In this document: positions 18,426-28,420 of the stretch, in pieces | How positions within the stretch are numbered: position 1 is the first letter of the stretch | Layout of the letters: the number at the start of each line of letters is the position of its first letter | Assembly (NCBI GenBank): GCA_038885755.1 | Contig: JAVZZH010000002.1 | Location: 96,001-160,000 of the forward strand | Direction of reading: 5' to 3' | DNA from: Candidatus Caldarchaeum sp. | GTDB taxonomy: Archaea; Thermoproteota; Nitrososphaeria_A; Caldarchaeales; Caldarchaeaceae | DNA: 64,000 nucleotides | Program-made: the position numbers and the translations under genes | Notes under the pieces: model-generated | Told to the model about the DNA's origin: nothing | What the model saw: only the letters and a program-made list of their open reading frames with translations | Database searches by the model: none

Positions 18426-21400
18426 GACATATACGACTCGAGACGCGTCTGCTTCAACTCCCTAGGCTTGTTCGATGAAGACTTGAACAGGTCGACGACC
18501 GTCTCAACGGCTGCAACCGTGTTCTCTCTGAGGTAGGAGCTGCGCAGTCTCTTCTCAGCCATCTGCTCCGCCAGTTCTATGTATTTTTCGACGGCTCCTC
18601 TGAACACGGTCAGGCTGAGGTCGACCTGGCAGTAGGGGCATTTACCTGTAAGCGGTATGCGTCGGTATTTTTTGTTGCATTTCTTGCATCGGAAGCTCTG
18701 CACCATGAAGGCTTTGACGTTCCCGATTATGTCGGGTAAGATGTGGGAGGAGACTATGCTGTCGACGAGGGCTGCGTCCTTAACGCCTGCCAGCTGGTCC
18801 ATCAGCTCAAGCTGCACGGATATCTTGTCCATCATCGTCTCGAGGGTTTTGTAGGCCGAGACTATTCCTGGAACGGTGAGAGTTGACTGGGGATGTGTGA
18901 AGGACGTGCCAACAGCCTCCGTCCCAGCCTCAAGGTCGTCTTCAACAGTCCTCACCAGCCCACGGGCCTCAGATATCTTCTTTCTCTCCGACGCCAGCCT
19001 GTAAAACTCGGCTGGAATTCTAGGCCACACGTCGACGTTGTGAGCCTGCTCATCAACCTCCTCCGGGTACACTATCCTCGTTATCAGCAGAGGCGTGTCC
19101 ATCTTTCCTCCAATCCTATCAGGGATGTACAGACGTGAGAAATTCATCAACACGTCAGCCAGCAGCATCACACTATCCTCGTCGCCATCGCAGTCCCTTC
19201 TCTTCGCAGCATGGAAAACCGGGTGAGCGAAGTTAACCTCAGCGTCGACAAAGCCCACAACCCTGCCGACCACGGCGACGTAGGTGTGCGGTGAAAGGCC
19301 TACAACCAAGTGCCCCAGAAGGTCGTCGGCTTTTTCAATCCCGTACAGTCTCTCCAACCCAGCTTGGTACTGGAGGAGGTCGTCGACGTATTTTGAGACT
19401 TTGACGAGGTAGGCTGCTGCTTTCTTCGACAGCACGATGTCTTGGAGCTTGAGCTCGCATACTTGGTGAGGCGAGGTCAGCGGGTTTCCGTGGATGTCGT
19501 GAGTGTAGCCGAGGTTTCTGAGACGCTCGACGCTTACTCCAACCATGGCTGGGGTGAAGTGCGTCATGGGGGCGTTTGTGGCGTCGAAACGCACCGTTCC
19601 ATCCTTGTAGACTGTTAGCCCGTGCTTAGCTCTGAGCACTCCCTTCAGAAAGTTCTCGGGGGTCTTCGTCAAACTCGTGAGACCCTTGACACCGCTCAGC
19701 CGTGAAGGCGGCGGCTCGCCGATCTTCTGGAGAGCTTCGGAAAGTTCCTTCCTCACGTCGACTCTCTGCATGGCTGTGTACCTTACCGGGCCTCCGCATT
19801 TGACGCAAGCCTCAACAACTACGCCTAGGTGAGAGTGTTTACATCGTGTGCAGACGCCGAAAACTTCTGCTGCCGCCCTGCAGCTTCCACAGACCTCAGC
19901 CCAGCCGACGGAGCCGCATTTACTACACTTCCTAACCACAAGCTCCGCAGCAACAACGCCTCCCTCCGCGTAGACGTTCATCACATCCCTCGTCTGGCCT
20001 CCAGCAAGACCGAGAGGGAAGAGAAAATGCACTGCTGGAGTCATGCGGCGTGGACCAGCCTTCTCAGGACGGCCCATCTTGGCCGTGATGCTCGACCCTC
20101 TCTTGTCCATCACGACTATGCCCGAGATCTTCTGAAGTATCTTCAGAGTGTCGCCCTCGTCTTCAACATAAACTTCTTCACCGGGCTTCAGAAGGGTCTT
20201 CAAAACGACGTAGTCTGTTTTGCTCAGGACTAAGTGGTCTCTGTCGACCCTGTGCTCGACGAGGATGGCTTCAAGCACCTGCTTTATCTCCGGGTCGTTG
20301 ACAAGGCGGGCCTCGGATTCTGTTTCATGTAGGACGGCTGATAACCATTTCCTCAGGAGGTGTAGTTTTTCAGGCGTGATGTTGGTCCAGAAATGCAGGT
20401 ATCGGGGATGGAGAGGTATGCCTAGTTCGAGGCTCAGCCTTAACGCTTCGTCGACTGTTGGAATGATGCGTAGAGGGTTCTCCAAGAAAGAGGCCAGTCG
20501 GTTTACGTGTATGCCGGTCTTCTCCGAGGCTTCAAGCAGGCTTTTCTCGGAGACTTTAGCCATGAGGTCGTTGCTCCACCATTCCTCGCAGTAGCCTGCA
20601 GGCCTCAGCTCGACGTTGTTCTCAACACAGTCTCCCACGGATACGAGTATGTCTCCTAGGAAGAGAACCTGCTCCAAACGGTCTGCTATTTGTTTGAAAA
20701 CCTCCTCCGACTCGACTCTCACGACGCTTCCGTCCACGGTCTTGACCACGGGAGGCTCAAGCACGTCCACCGGAGCCACGACTCCCCCCTTTCCCGGAAA
20801 GTCAGCCTTCAGCTGGGTGCCTGCCACGATGTAGCCCTTGAGAACCCTCATGGTTATTGGGTGCAGTCCGTAGGCAGCCATGCCGGTTGTGAAGGCCCTG
20901 CCGTATCTTATTCTGAAGCCGCCGAAGGTGTTTGCGAGCGAGATCACCGGCCGCCCACCTATTACCTCAATCTCCTGCTCGTCCTCCTCCCCCTTGCTGA
21001 GCTGGGCTCTGGCAAGCTCCTCAATCCAGTCCCACCCCGACATACCCATCGACCTAACAACCTTCAGCACCTTCTTAGCCCGGCCTACGATTCCGTCGTT
21101 GACGACCCTCAAAGCACCACCCCTGAGATAGTTTGTCTCTATCCTCTCGAGATTACGGTAGGAGGGGGTGAGTATGTTGTCTGTAGCCACTCCGCTTATC
21201 TCGACAGGCGTCATCTTATAGGCGTAGGCTATCAGCTTGTCGGGGACGTTGTACTGAAACCTGCCCACCCGCCTTACGTAGGTGCGCAGCTCCTCTACAA
21301 ACCTCTTGACCTCCTCCTCCCTTGCCTTGAAACGGTCCAGCCCGAACAACCTTCTAACATAGTCAGCCAGCACGACGACCGTTGCCAGCTCCGTGCCTCC

Positions 21401-21847
21401 GGCAGCCCTTATCGGGCCTGCGAAGTAAACGGCTAGGTACTTGCTTCCGTCATCGTTCTGCTTTATCCTGACGTGGGATATTCCCTCAGAGGGAGCGGCG
21501 GTTATGCAGGGAGGGGTAAGAACAGCGAGAGCCGTGCAAATGGCTTGCTTGACTACCTCCTCCTCGGGAGACACGCCCATGCTCGAGTAGACAATCTCCT
21601 CGCACAGCTTGAACGCCAGCTCGATGCCCGACAGCCGGCCCTTGTATTTTCGTATTGTTTCAGACACGCCCTTAGGGCCTACGAGCAGCTCAACCCTCTC
21701 CTCCATTCTGTCGGCGAAAACAGTTTCTACGAAGGGCAGTGGGCTGTTGGTCCTCCTCCTAAACTCTGACGCGACAGCGTAAACCTTCTCCACTTCACGG
21801 AGAAGCGACGACCGATACTCCTCGAGTTCCGGGTCCAAACCAGACAT
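18422..21847 (-). CDS. polC: DNA polymerase D large subunit DP2 (no intein evident)
   Basis: YFAGPIRAAGGT, GGFRIRYGR, MGRPEKA, KDGTVRFDAT, catalytic HAAKRRDCDGDED, GGKMD.PL, C-terminal Zn finger CKKC...CPYC; start refined to ATG 21847. Confidence 0.96.
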   Translation of the reverse strand: MSGLDPELEEYRSSLLREVEKVYAVASEFRRRTNSPLPFVETVFADRMEERVELLVGPKGVSETIRKYKGRLSGIELAFKLCEEIVYSSMGVSPEEEVVKQAICTALAVLTPPCITAAPSEGISHVRIKQNDDGSKYLAVYFAGPIRAAGGTELATVVVLADYVRRLFGLDRFKAREEEVKRFVEELRTYVRRVGRFQYNVPDKLIAYAYKMTPVEISGVATDNILTPSYRNLERIETNYLRGGALRVVNDGIVGRAKKVLKVVRSMGMSGWDWIEELARAQLSKGEEDEQEIEVIGGRPVISLANTFGGFRIRYGRAFTTGMAAYGLHPITMRVLKGYIVAGTQLKADFPGKGGVVAPVDVLEPPVVKTVDGSVVRVESEEVFKQIADRLEQVLFLGDILVSVGDCVENNVELRPAGYCEEWWSNDLMAKVSEKSLLEASEKTGIHVNRLASFLENPLRIIPTVDEALRLSLELGIPLHPRYLHFWTNITPEKLHLLRKWLSAVLHETESEARLVNDPEIKQVLEAILVEHRVDRDHLVLSKTDYVVLKTLLKPGEEVYVEDEGDTLKILQKISGIVVMDKRGSSITAKMGRPEKAGPRRMTPAVHFLFPLGLAGGQTRDVMNVYAEGGVVAAELVVRKCSKCGSVGWAEVCGSCRAAAEVFGVCTRCKHSHLGVVVEACVKCGGPVRYTAMQRVDVRKELSEALQKIGEPPPSRLSGVKGLTSLTKTPENFLKGVLRAKHGLTVYKDGTVRFDATNAPMTHFTPAMVGVSVERLRNLGYTHDIHGNPLTSPHQVCELKLQDIVLSKKAAAYLVKVSKYVDDLLQYQAGLERLYGIEKADDLLGHLVVGLSPHTYVAVVGRVVGFVDAEVNFAHPVFHAAKRRDCDGDEDSVMLLADVLMNFSRLYIPDRIGGKMDTPLLITRIVYPEEVDEQAHNVDVWPRIPAEFYRLASERKKISEARGLVRTVEDDLEAGTEAVGTSFTHPQSTLTVPGIVSAYKTLETMMDKISVQLELMDQLAGVKDAALVDSIVSSHILPDIIGNVKAFMVQSFRCKKCNKKYRRIPLTGKCPYCQVDLSLTVFRGAVEKYIELAEQMAEKRLRSSYLRENTVAAVETVVDLFKSSSNKPRELKQTRLESYMS

Positions 21848-21896
21848 AGCTGTGGCAGACGGATAAAAAAGTATCTGCCTCGAAAAGCCTCTGGTC

Positions 21897-22664
21897 TTAC
21901 CTCTCGGGGTTCGCTCCAACAGGTATGCTGAGCTTCCGGAGGTAGTCGTCGAAAGGCTCGTGGATGACGATCCCTCTCTCAGGCTCTATCGTGAAAACAT
22001 ACATCGTCGAGTCCATCGACGACCAACGCATCTTCCTGACAAAGATCGTCCGGACGAGTCTACCGCCTATCTGGCGCACGCCGAGAACGATAACCCCTGA
22101 AGCCAGGAACTCCTCCAGCATGAACCTGCTCATCCGCTTAGAGCCCGTCGGTATATCCGTCGTCATCAAAGTCGTCACCCCAAACCTTTCCTCAATCATC
22201 GTAATGATCTCACGCAGGTATTCACGGACGTAGAACTCGTCCTTCGCCCCCTGAGCAAGAGCTGAGACCGGGTCGAGGACCAAGCGTGAGAAGCGTTTTC
22301 CACGTGTGGCGTTGAAGATGGCGTCGACGAAGGCTCTGCTCTCCTTGCCGTATTTCCGGGCCTCCGCAGCGTAGAGTCGGAGCTCGAGCGGTATGAACCT
22401 ACCTGACTCCATGAAGGCCCAGAAATTCCAGCCGAGCGACTCGGCTCCTCTCAAAACTCCCTCGACACGCTCGTCGATTGTTACGTAGACACATGTTTCT
22501 TTGGAGGTTAGGCCGTTGAGAAGGAACTGAAGCGAGAGGATTGTTTTGCCTACGCCCGTCTCGCCCGTGACGAGGTATGTGCGGCCCTTGATGAACCCTC
22601 CTCCCAGCATTCTGTCGAGCATGGGGTTGCCCGTGGAAAGCCGCTCGTCAGCCGTCTCAGCCAT
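21897..22664 (-). CDS. KaiC/RAD55-like RecA-superfamily ATPase (single domain)
   Basis: STGNPMLDRMLGGG, Walker A GETGVGKT, VTIDE, RLVLD, EFLASGVI, RKMR. Confidence 0.9.
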   Translation of the reverse strand: MAETADERLSTGNPMLDRMLGGGFIKGRTYLVTGETGVGKTILSLQFLLNGLTSKETCVYVTIDERVEGVLRGAESLGWNFWAFMESGRFIPLELRLYAAEARKYGKESRAFVDAIFNATRGKRFSRLVLDPVSALAQGAKDEFYVREYLREIITMIEERFGVTTLMTTDIPTGSKRMSRFMLEEFLASGVIVLGVRQIGGRLVRTIFVRKMRWSSMDSTMYVFTIEPERGIVIHEPFDDYLRKLSIPVGANPER

Positions 22665-22773
22665 AGAATCAACACACAACAACAACGTATTAAGAGTGAT
22701 GTTGGGATGTGTTGTTCGACAAAGGCCAAACAGAGCAAGCCTTATTACAGCACCACTGCGGAGAAGGTTCTGG

Positions 22774-23361
22774 ATGGCTACGCTGGAGGAGATCGCTGAG
22801 GAGATAAAGAGGTGTAATCTATGCCCTCTGTGGCGTGGGAGGACGAACGCCGTCCCGGGCGAGGGAAGCCAGCGAGCTGAGTTAATGATTGTCGGCGAAG
22901 GCCCGGGGGAGGAGGAGGACTTGCAGGGGAGGCCTTTCGTCGGAAGGTCTGGAAGACTGCTGACAGAGGCATTGGAGAAAGCTGGGCTGAGACGTGAAGA
23001 GGTCTACATAACCAACGTAGTCAAGTGCAGGCCTCCGGAGAACAGGGAGCCCTCCCCCGAAGAGCGGAGCACGTGCGTCAGCAGGTATCTGTTCAGGCAG
23101 ATGGACGCGGTCAAGCCGAGGATGGTTCTACTGCTCGGCTCCGTAGCTGTTCAGACACTTCTCGGAAAACCCTCGATAACAGCCGTGAGAGGGAGAGCTT
23201 TCGAGAAAGACGGCATAATCTATTTCTGCACCTACCATCCGGCGGCCGCGCTCTACAACCCAGCGAACAAAACAATTTTTTTCAAAGACCTCGAAAAAGC
23301 CAAGACGCTGCTTAACGACCTAAAGGCTTTCGCAAAGCAGAAAACCCTCGACGAAACCTAG
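22774..23361 (+). CDS. udg: Family 4 uracil-DNA glycosylase (4Fe-4S)
   Basis: CNLC.L...R..AVPGEG, GEGPG.EED..GRPFVG, TNVVKCRPP.NR.P, TYHPAA. Confidence 0.94.
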   Translation: MATLEEIAEEIKRCNLCPLWRGRTNAVPGEGSQRAELMIVGEGPGEEEDLQGRPFVGRSGRLLTEALEKAGLRREEVYITNVVKCRPPENREPSPEERSTCVSRYLFRQMDAVKPRMVLLLGSVAVQTLLGKPSITAVRGRAFEKDGIIYFCTYHPAAALYNPANKTIFFKDLEKAKTLLNDLKAFAKQKTLDET

Positions 23362-23367
23362 GCCTTG

Positions 23368-23940
23368 ATGGTGGATGGAGTGAGGCTGGACCGTGATTTC
23401 TACGACCGGGACACGGTAGAGCTGGCGAAGAGGCTTCTGGGCAAGGTGCTCGTGGTGAAGAACGACGCTGTTAAGCGTGTTAGAGTGGTTGAGGTTGAAG
23501 CCTACGTGAAGAACGACAGAGCAAACCACGCCTACAAAGGCATGACAAAACGCAACAAAAGCATGTTCGGCCCTCCGGGAACGCTGTATGTCTACATGGT
23601 TCACACACACAACTGCATGAACGTCGTCAGGGGAGGCGGTGAAGCGGTGCTGGTGAGATCAGCGGAGCCGCTTGCCGGGGTCGAGGCTAGAACAGACGGG
23701 CCCGGTAGACTCTGCAGAGCGCTCGGGATAGACAGGTCGTATGATGGACTCGACCTCTGCGTCTCCGATAAAGTATGGGTCGAGGACGATGGATACGTCT
23801 TCGACAAAATTGCCGTATCGAGACGGATAGGCGTGACGGCCAGCGTCAACCGCTTGCTTCGCTTCTACGTAGCAGACAGTCCATGGGTATCACGTAAAAA
23901 CAGCCCTCCAGCTAGGGTTTTCGAGAAACCCCCGAGTTAG
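23368..23940 (+). CDS. mpg: 3-methyladenine DNA glycosylase (AAG/MPG family)
   Basis: LAKRLLGK, VEVEAY, RNKSMFGPPG.LYVY, CMNVV, AVLVR, GPGRLC.ALGI, RIGV, RFY. Confidence 0.92.
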   Translation: MVDGVRLDRDFYDRDTVELAKRLLGKVLVVKNDAVKRVRVVEVEAYVKNDRANHAYKGMTKRNKSMFGPPGTLYVYMVHTHNCMNVVRGGGEAVLVRSAEPLAGVEARTDGPGRLCRALGIDRSYDGLDLCVSDKVWVEDDGYVFDKIAVSRRIGVTASVNRLLRFYVADSPWVSRKNSPPARVFEKPPS

Positions 23941-23949
23941 TCCGGCGAG

Positions 23950-25254
23950 TCACCGAGAGTCCTCGTTAAGCAGACGACCAGCCGCCGCAGCATGAGCCGT
24001 CAAACCCTCAGCCAACGCCAGCACAGCCGCATGCCTCCCCATCCTCCTCGCAGCACCCTTCTGAACACGCACCTCCACAACCAGCTTGACAAAGTCCAAC
24101 ACGCTCAACCCTCCACGCACACGAGCCTGCCCACCCGTCGGCAAGACATGATTCACGCCGACGACGTAATCACACAAAGCTGGCGAGGTAAATCTACCGG
24201 AGGATATCAAGCCGGCGTTGGTTGCGTGAGGAGCTATCCGCTCAGCCTTAGACGCTAGGAAAAGATGCTCGGGGGCAAGTTCTTGAATAAAGTCAACAAC
24301 CGTTTTAAGCCCGTCGCATAAAGCAATAAACCCGTTGCTCTCGAGAGACTGCTCAACCGTCTTGCCGCGCTCCAGCCGTGCAGCTATCAGCTTCAAATAC
24401 TTCAACACCTCATTAGCCAAGTCGTCGGAGGTAGTGATTAAACCGACCAACGTGTCGGCGCTGTGCTCAGCCTGCGCACACATATCCAGAGCTATGTCCT
24501 CAGCGTCCCTCACATCGTCGCCGAAAACAAGCAGCTCCGTCGGCCCCGCGAGCATGTCAACCGGAACATCAACACTAACAAGCTTCTTAGCAGCGGTGAC
24601 GTAAGGCCCGCCAGGCCCGACTATCTTAAACACAGGCCTAACCGTCTCGGTTCCGTACGCCATCGCAGCCACAGCATGCGGCCCTCCCATCGCATACACC
24701 TCGTCCGCTCCCGCCATGTATAGAGCTGCGAGGACCACGTCGTCCACAACACCCTCCTCACTCGGCGGAGTGCAGACAACCACTCTAGACACACCAGCCA
24801 CCTTGGCGGGCAGAACAGTCATCAACGCCGTGCTCGGATACCTAGCCAAGCCTCCGGGAACGTAGCAGCCCACTGCGGGCAGGGGAGCTGCACGCTGGAA
24901 AACCTTAACACCTTGGTCAACGGTTCGGGCAAAGCTCAGTCTCCCGAGCTGAGCCCTACAGAGCTTCGAGATGTTTTCAGCCGACTTCTTGAGAGCGTTC
25001 CTTGTCCGATGGTCCAGCTTGCTGTACGCCTTAGCCAAGCTAGTCTCAGCTATCCGTAAACCGTCCAAAGTTATTCTGGATGAGTCAAACCTGTTCACGT
25101 ACTCGATCAACGCCTTATCCCCCCTCACCTTGACATCCTCAACAATCCCCCTAACGTAGTCCACGTAGAAGTCCAGCGGCTTTCTCGACGAAACGACCTC
25201 ACCAACAACCTTCTGAACGTTCTGCCTGTCGACCCTGAAAAACCTCAAGCCCAA
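23950..25254 (-). CDS. hisD: Histidinol dehydrogenase
   Basis: GCYVPGG, YPSTALM, GG.HAVAAMAYGT, KIVGPG, DMLAGPTE, QAEH, APEHL, DY..G.NHVLPT. Confidence 0.95.
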   Translation of the reverse strand: MGLRFFRVDRQNVQKVVGEVVSSRKPLDFYVDYVRGIVEDVKVRGDKALIEYVNRFDSSRITLDGLRIAETSLAKAYSKLDHRTRNALKKSAENISKLCRAQLGRLSFARTVDQGVKVFQRAAPLPAVGCYVPGGLARYPSTALMTVLPAKVAGVSRVVVCTPPSEEGVVDDVVLAALYMAGADEVYAMGGPHAVAAMAYGTETVRPVFKIVGPGGPYVTAAKKLVSVDVPVDMLAGPTELLVFGDDVRDAEDIALDMCAQAEHSADTLVGLITTSDDLANEVLKYLKLIAARLERGKTVEQSLESNGFIALCDGLKTVVDFIQELAPEHLFLASKAERIAPHATNAGLISSGRFTSPALCDYVVGVNHVLPTGGQARVRGGLSVLDFVKLVVEVRVQKGAARRMGRHAAVLALAEGLTAHAAAAGRLLNEDSR

Positions 25255-25271
25255 CTAACGACAAAAACCCA

Positions 25272-26258
25272 TCAATTAAACCCTGTCGACACAACCCGCA
25301 GGTCGTACACCTTCATCACAGACTTGGGCGAAACTTCCTTCACGACACGACCCCCCACAGGCCGAAGCTGGCTAAAACATTTCAAAACATATTCTAGAAC
25401 AGAGCCCGGGCTGGTTCGCTCCTCAACGACGTAGAGATGAACGACTGCGTTGGGTGCTGCTTTCTGAACAGCTGTCGGCAAGTATCTCACCGATGAATGT
25501 GGGAGGTTCATGATAATCCGGTTGAACTCCGTGTCCAGTTTGGGGATAACTTCCGCTGAATCTCCCTGAAAGGGCTTGACACGACCCACAGCCTTGTTCA
25601 GCTCGATGTTGATGCAAAGATACTTGAACGCGTCGGGATTTTTCTCCACGGCGTATACAGTCGCCGACGCATTCCTACGAGCTATGACTATGGAGAACGG
25701 CCCCACGCCTGCGAACATGTCTAACACCTTCTCATTCTCACCCACCTGAGAAGCAACCCTGATACGCTCCCCAGAAAGACGAGGGCTGAAAAAGGTCTTA
25801 GCCACATCGAGCCTGAATAAACACCCAGATTCACGGTGAGTAGTCTCGGTACACGGATCGCCCAACAACAGACGGTAAGACGCAACCCTTTCCTCGCCTG
25901 AAACCTCTCCAGTCTTCTGCAGAACGGTCCGCACACGTGGATGCCGCCGAACTATGTCCTTCGCAAGCTCAACAGCCTCATCATAAGGCATGTCCATGTC
26001 GTTCACCACAGCCACCCAGCCGACAACGTCGAACGCCGCCCTCAGAAAAGGTGTTTTTAAACGCCTGCTGACAGGCAGATCAGCCTCAACAACCTCCAAC
26101 CCATGTCCCGGCACAACACGCACAGGTATGAGTACCGTATCCCCCTCCCTCAAAATACTACGCGAACCGTCGAAAAGATTTTCCCTGACAAGCATACGCC
26201 GCACCTCTTCAGCCCTATTCTTCGGAACCCTAACCGCAAGCCTCTCCAACCCATCCAC
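25272..26258 (-). CDS. trm5: tRNA (guanine37-N1)-methyltransferase Trm5 family
   Basis: HRESGC.F, FFSPRLSGER, DMFAGVGPFS, EKNP, IIMNLP. Confidence 0.88.
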   Translation of the reverse strand: MDGLERLAVRVPKNRAEEVRRMLVRENLFDGSRSILREGDTVLIPVRVVPGHGLEVVEADLPVSRRLKTPFLRAAFDVVGWVAVVNDMDMPYDEAVELAKDIVRRHPRVRTVLQKTGEVSGEERVASYRLLLGDPCTETTHRESGCLFRLDVAKTFFSPRLSGERIRVASQVGENEKVLDMFAGVGPFSIVIARRNASATVYAVEKNPDAFKYLCINIELNKAVGRVKPFQGDSAEVIPKLDTEFNRIIMNLPHSSVRYLPTAVQKAAPNAVVHLYVVEERTSPGSVLEYVLKCFSQLRPVGGRVVKEVSPKSVMKVYDLRVVSTGFN

Positions 26259-26323
26259 ACCACGTCACCCCTGCTTAAGTGTTTACAAAAACATAAAAGA
26301 TAAGCCGCGCAAACACAAGAAGA

Positions 26324-28384
26324 ATGGCTAAAGACCCCGTGTGCGGAATGTACGTCGAGGAGTCGGAGGAAGCCCTCAAAGCAACCATCAGGGGCAGGGA
26401 GTACTTCTTCTGCTCCGAATCATGCTTAAAAACCTTTGTAGCGCCCGAAGCCGAGTTCCAGAAGCTCAAGCACCTAACACTGCTGAGCTTCAGCCTGGGA
26501 ATTCCAGCCCTCATGCTCACGTGGCTGCCAATCCTTCCAACCGCTCTGAACGACTACGTGCTGTTCGCCCTAACCACTCCCGTCCAGTTCATCGCAGGCA
26601 TGCGCTTCTACAAAGGCATGCTCCACGCCCTGAGGGCTGGAGCGGCTAACATGGACACGCTGATAGCAGTTGGCACATCAGCAGCATGGGGGTACAGCAC
26701 GCTTGTAGCCTTCTTCCCGCACAGCTTCCCACACGGCACTTACTTCGAGGTATCAGCCTTGATAATCGCCTTCATCCTCCTAGGTAGAGTTCTGGAACAC
26801 CGGGTCAGGCTGAGAGCCTCGGACGCCGTTAGAAAGCTGCTGGAGCTGAGGCCGTCGATGGCCAGAGTCTTGCGGAACGGGTCTGAGGTTTTGGTCCCCG
26901 TCGAAGATGTGCAAGTAGGCGATGTGATGGTCGTCCGTCCGGGTGAAAAAATACCAACCGACGGAGTGATACTCGAGGGACACGCATCGATTGACGAGAG
27001 AATGATCACCGGGGAAAGCACGCCTGTCGACAAGACTGTAGGCGAAGAAGTCATAGGCGGCACAATCAACAAAACAGGCTTCGTCAAAGTCAAAGCCACA
27101 CGCATAGGCTCCGACACAGTATTAGCCAAGATCATCGAGCTCGTCGAGAGAGCACAGGCCGGGCGAGCACCTGTCGAACGACTAGCCGACAAAGTATCAT
27201 CCTACTTCGTCCCCGCAGTAGTTGCAGTAGCCCTGCTCTCACTCGTAGCATGGACCTTGGTCAAGGGCACAGCCTTTCCAACAGGCTTCGTGGCCTTCGT
27301 CGCCGTGCTGATAGTCGCATGCCCCTGCGCCCTAGGGTTGGCAACCCCGGCAGCGCTGGTAGTCGGAGTCGGCAGAGGAGCTGAGAACGGCGTGTTGGTT
27401 AAAGGCGGAGAATACGTCGAGAAAGCAAGCAAAGTAGACACAGTGGTGTTCGACAAGACCGGAACCCTCACAGTTGGCGAGCCAGCCACGACCGACATAA
27501 TTCCCGTCAAAGAGGTCGGGGAGCTCGATGTCCTACGTTTCGCCGCAGCCGCAGAGAAAGGTTCTGAACACCCGCTGGGAAAAGCCGTTGTCGAGCACGC
27601 GTTGAAGAAAGGGTTAGAGATTCCCGAGCCCAAAGAGTTCACCTACCTGCCCGGAATAGGTGTCAAAGCAGTCGTCGAACAACACACGATAGCGGTTGGA
27701 AAAATTAAGATGCTCGAGCTCGCAGCAGCCAAAACAGACCGCGTCGAGAAAGTCGTAGAAGACCTCCAAAACCAAGGAAAGACAGCTATCGTCGTCGTCG
27801 TAGACGGCGAGGCCGTGGGGGTGCTGGGACTCGCAGACACGCTCAAGCCCAACGCAGAAGAAACAATCAAGAAGCTGAAGACCATGGGGCTGAAGATCAT
27901 GATGCTTACAGGAGACAACGAAAGAACAGCCAGAACAATAGCCAAGCAGGCAGGTATAGACGAAGTCGTAGCAGAGGTCCTGCCCGCGCAAAAAGCGGAA
28001 GCTATCAAGAAACTGATGGAGCAGGGACGTCGAGTGGCCATGGTCGGCGACGGAGTCAACGACGCACCAGCACTAGCAACAGCAGACATAGGAATAGCCC
28101 TAGGCAGCGGCACGGACGTAGCCGTAGAGTCAGCCGGCATAGTGTTGCTTAGCGACGACTTGAGGAAAGTAGCGACAGCCATAAGCCTCAGCAGGCACAC
28201 CATGCGAAAGATCAAGCAGAACCTTTTCTGGGCCTTCATCTACAACACCGTCTTAATACCCGTCGCAGCGATAGGAATCCTCAACCCCATACTAGCTGCC
28301 GCAGCCATGGCTCTCAGCTCGGTCTCGGTCCTAACCAACTCACTAAGCCTAAAAACAATCAAGCTCTGGCCCCAAAACACTTAA
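26324..28384 (+). CDS. copA: Cu(I)-transporting P1B-ATPase with N-terminal YHS/TRASH domain
   Basis: KDPVCGM..YFFCS..C, NMDTL, TGES, CPCALGLATP, DKTGT, SEHP, GDGVND, YN and MALSS ligands. Confidence 0.95.
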   Translation: MAKDPVCGMYVEESEEALKATIRGREYFFCSESCLKTFVAPEAEFQKLKHLTLLSFSLGIPALMLTWLPILPTALNDYVLFALTTPVQFIAGMRFYKGMLHALRAGAANMDTLIAVGTSAAWGYSTLVAFFPHSFPHGTYFEVSALIIAFILLGRVLEHRVRLRASDAVRKLLELRPSMARVLRNGSEVLVPVEDVQVGDVMVVRPGEKIPTDGVILEGHASIDERMITGESTPVDKTVGEEVIGGTINKTGFVKVKATRIGSDTVLAKIIELVERAQAGRAPVERLADKVSSYFVPAVVAVALLSLVAWTLVKGTAFPTGFVAFVAVLIVACPCALGLATPAALVVGVGRGAENGVLVKGGEYVEKASKVDTVVFDKTGTLTVGEPATTDIIPVKEVGELDVLRFAAAAEKGSEHPLGKAVVEHALKKGLEIPEPKEFTYLPGIGVKAVVEQHTIAVGKIKMLELAAAKTDRVEKVVEDLQNQGKTAIVVVVDGEAVGVLGLADTLKPNAEETIKKLKTMGLKIMMLTGDNERTARTIAKQAGIDEVVAEVLPAQKAEAIKKLMEQGRRVAMVGDGVNDAPALATADIGIALGSGTDVAVESAGIVLLSDDLRKVATAISLSRHTMRKIKQNLFWAFIYNTVLIPVAAIGILNPILAAAAMALSSVSVLTNSLSLKTIKLWPQNT

Positions 28385-28420
28385 AAACACACAACACCAA
28401 CATGATGACAGAGCAAAAAC

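Noticed and set aside
18422-21847. Intein in PolD DP2
   Set aside because: About 1140 aa with an uninterrupted RRDCDGDED motif and no splicing motifs
21897-22664. Circadian clock kaiC
   Set aside because: Single-domain RAD55-like protein with no kaiA or kaiB nearby
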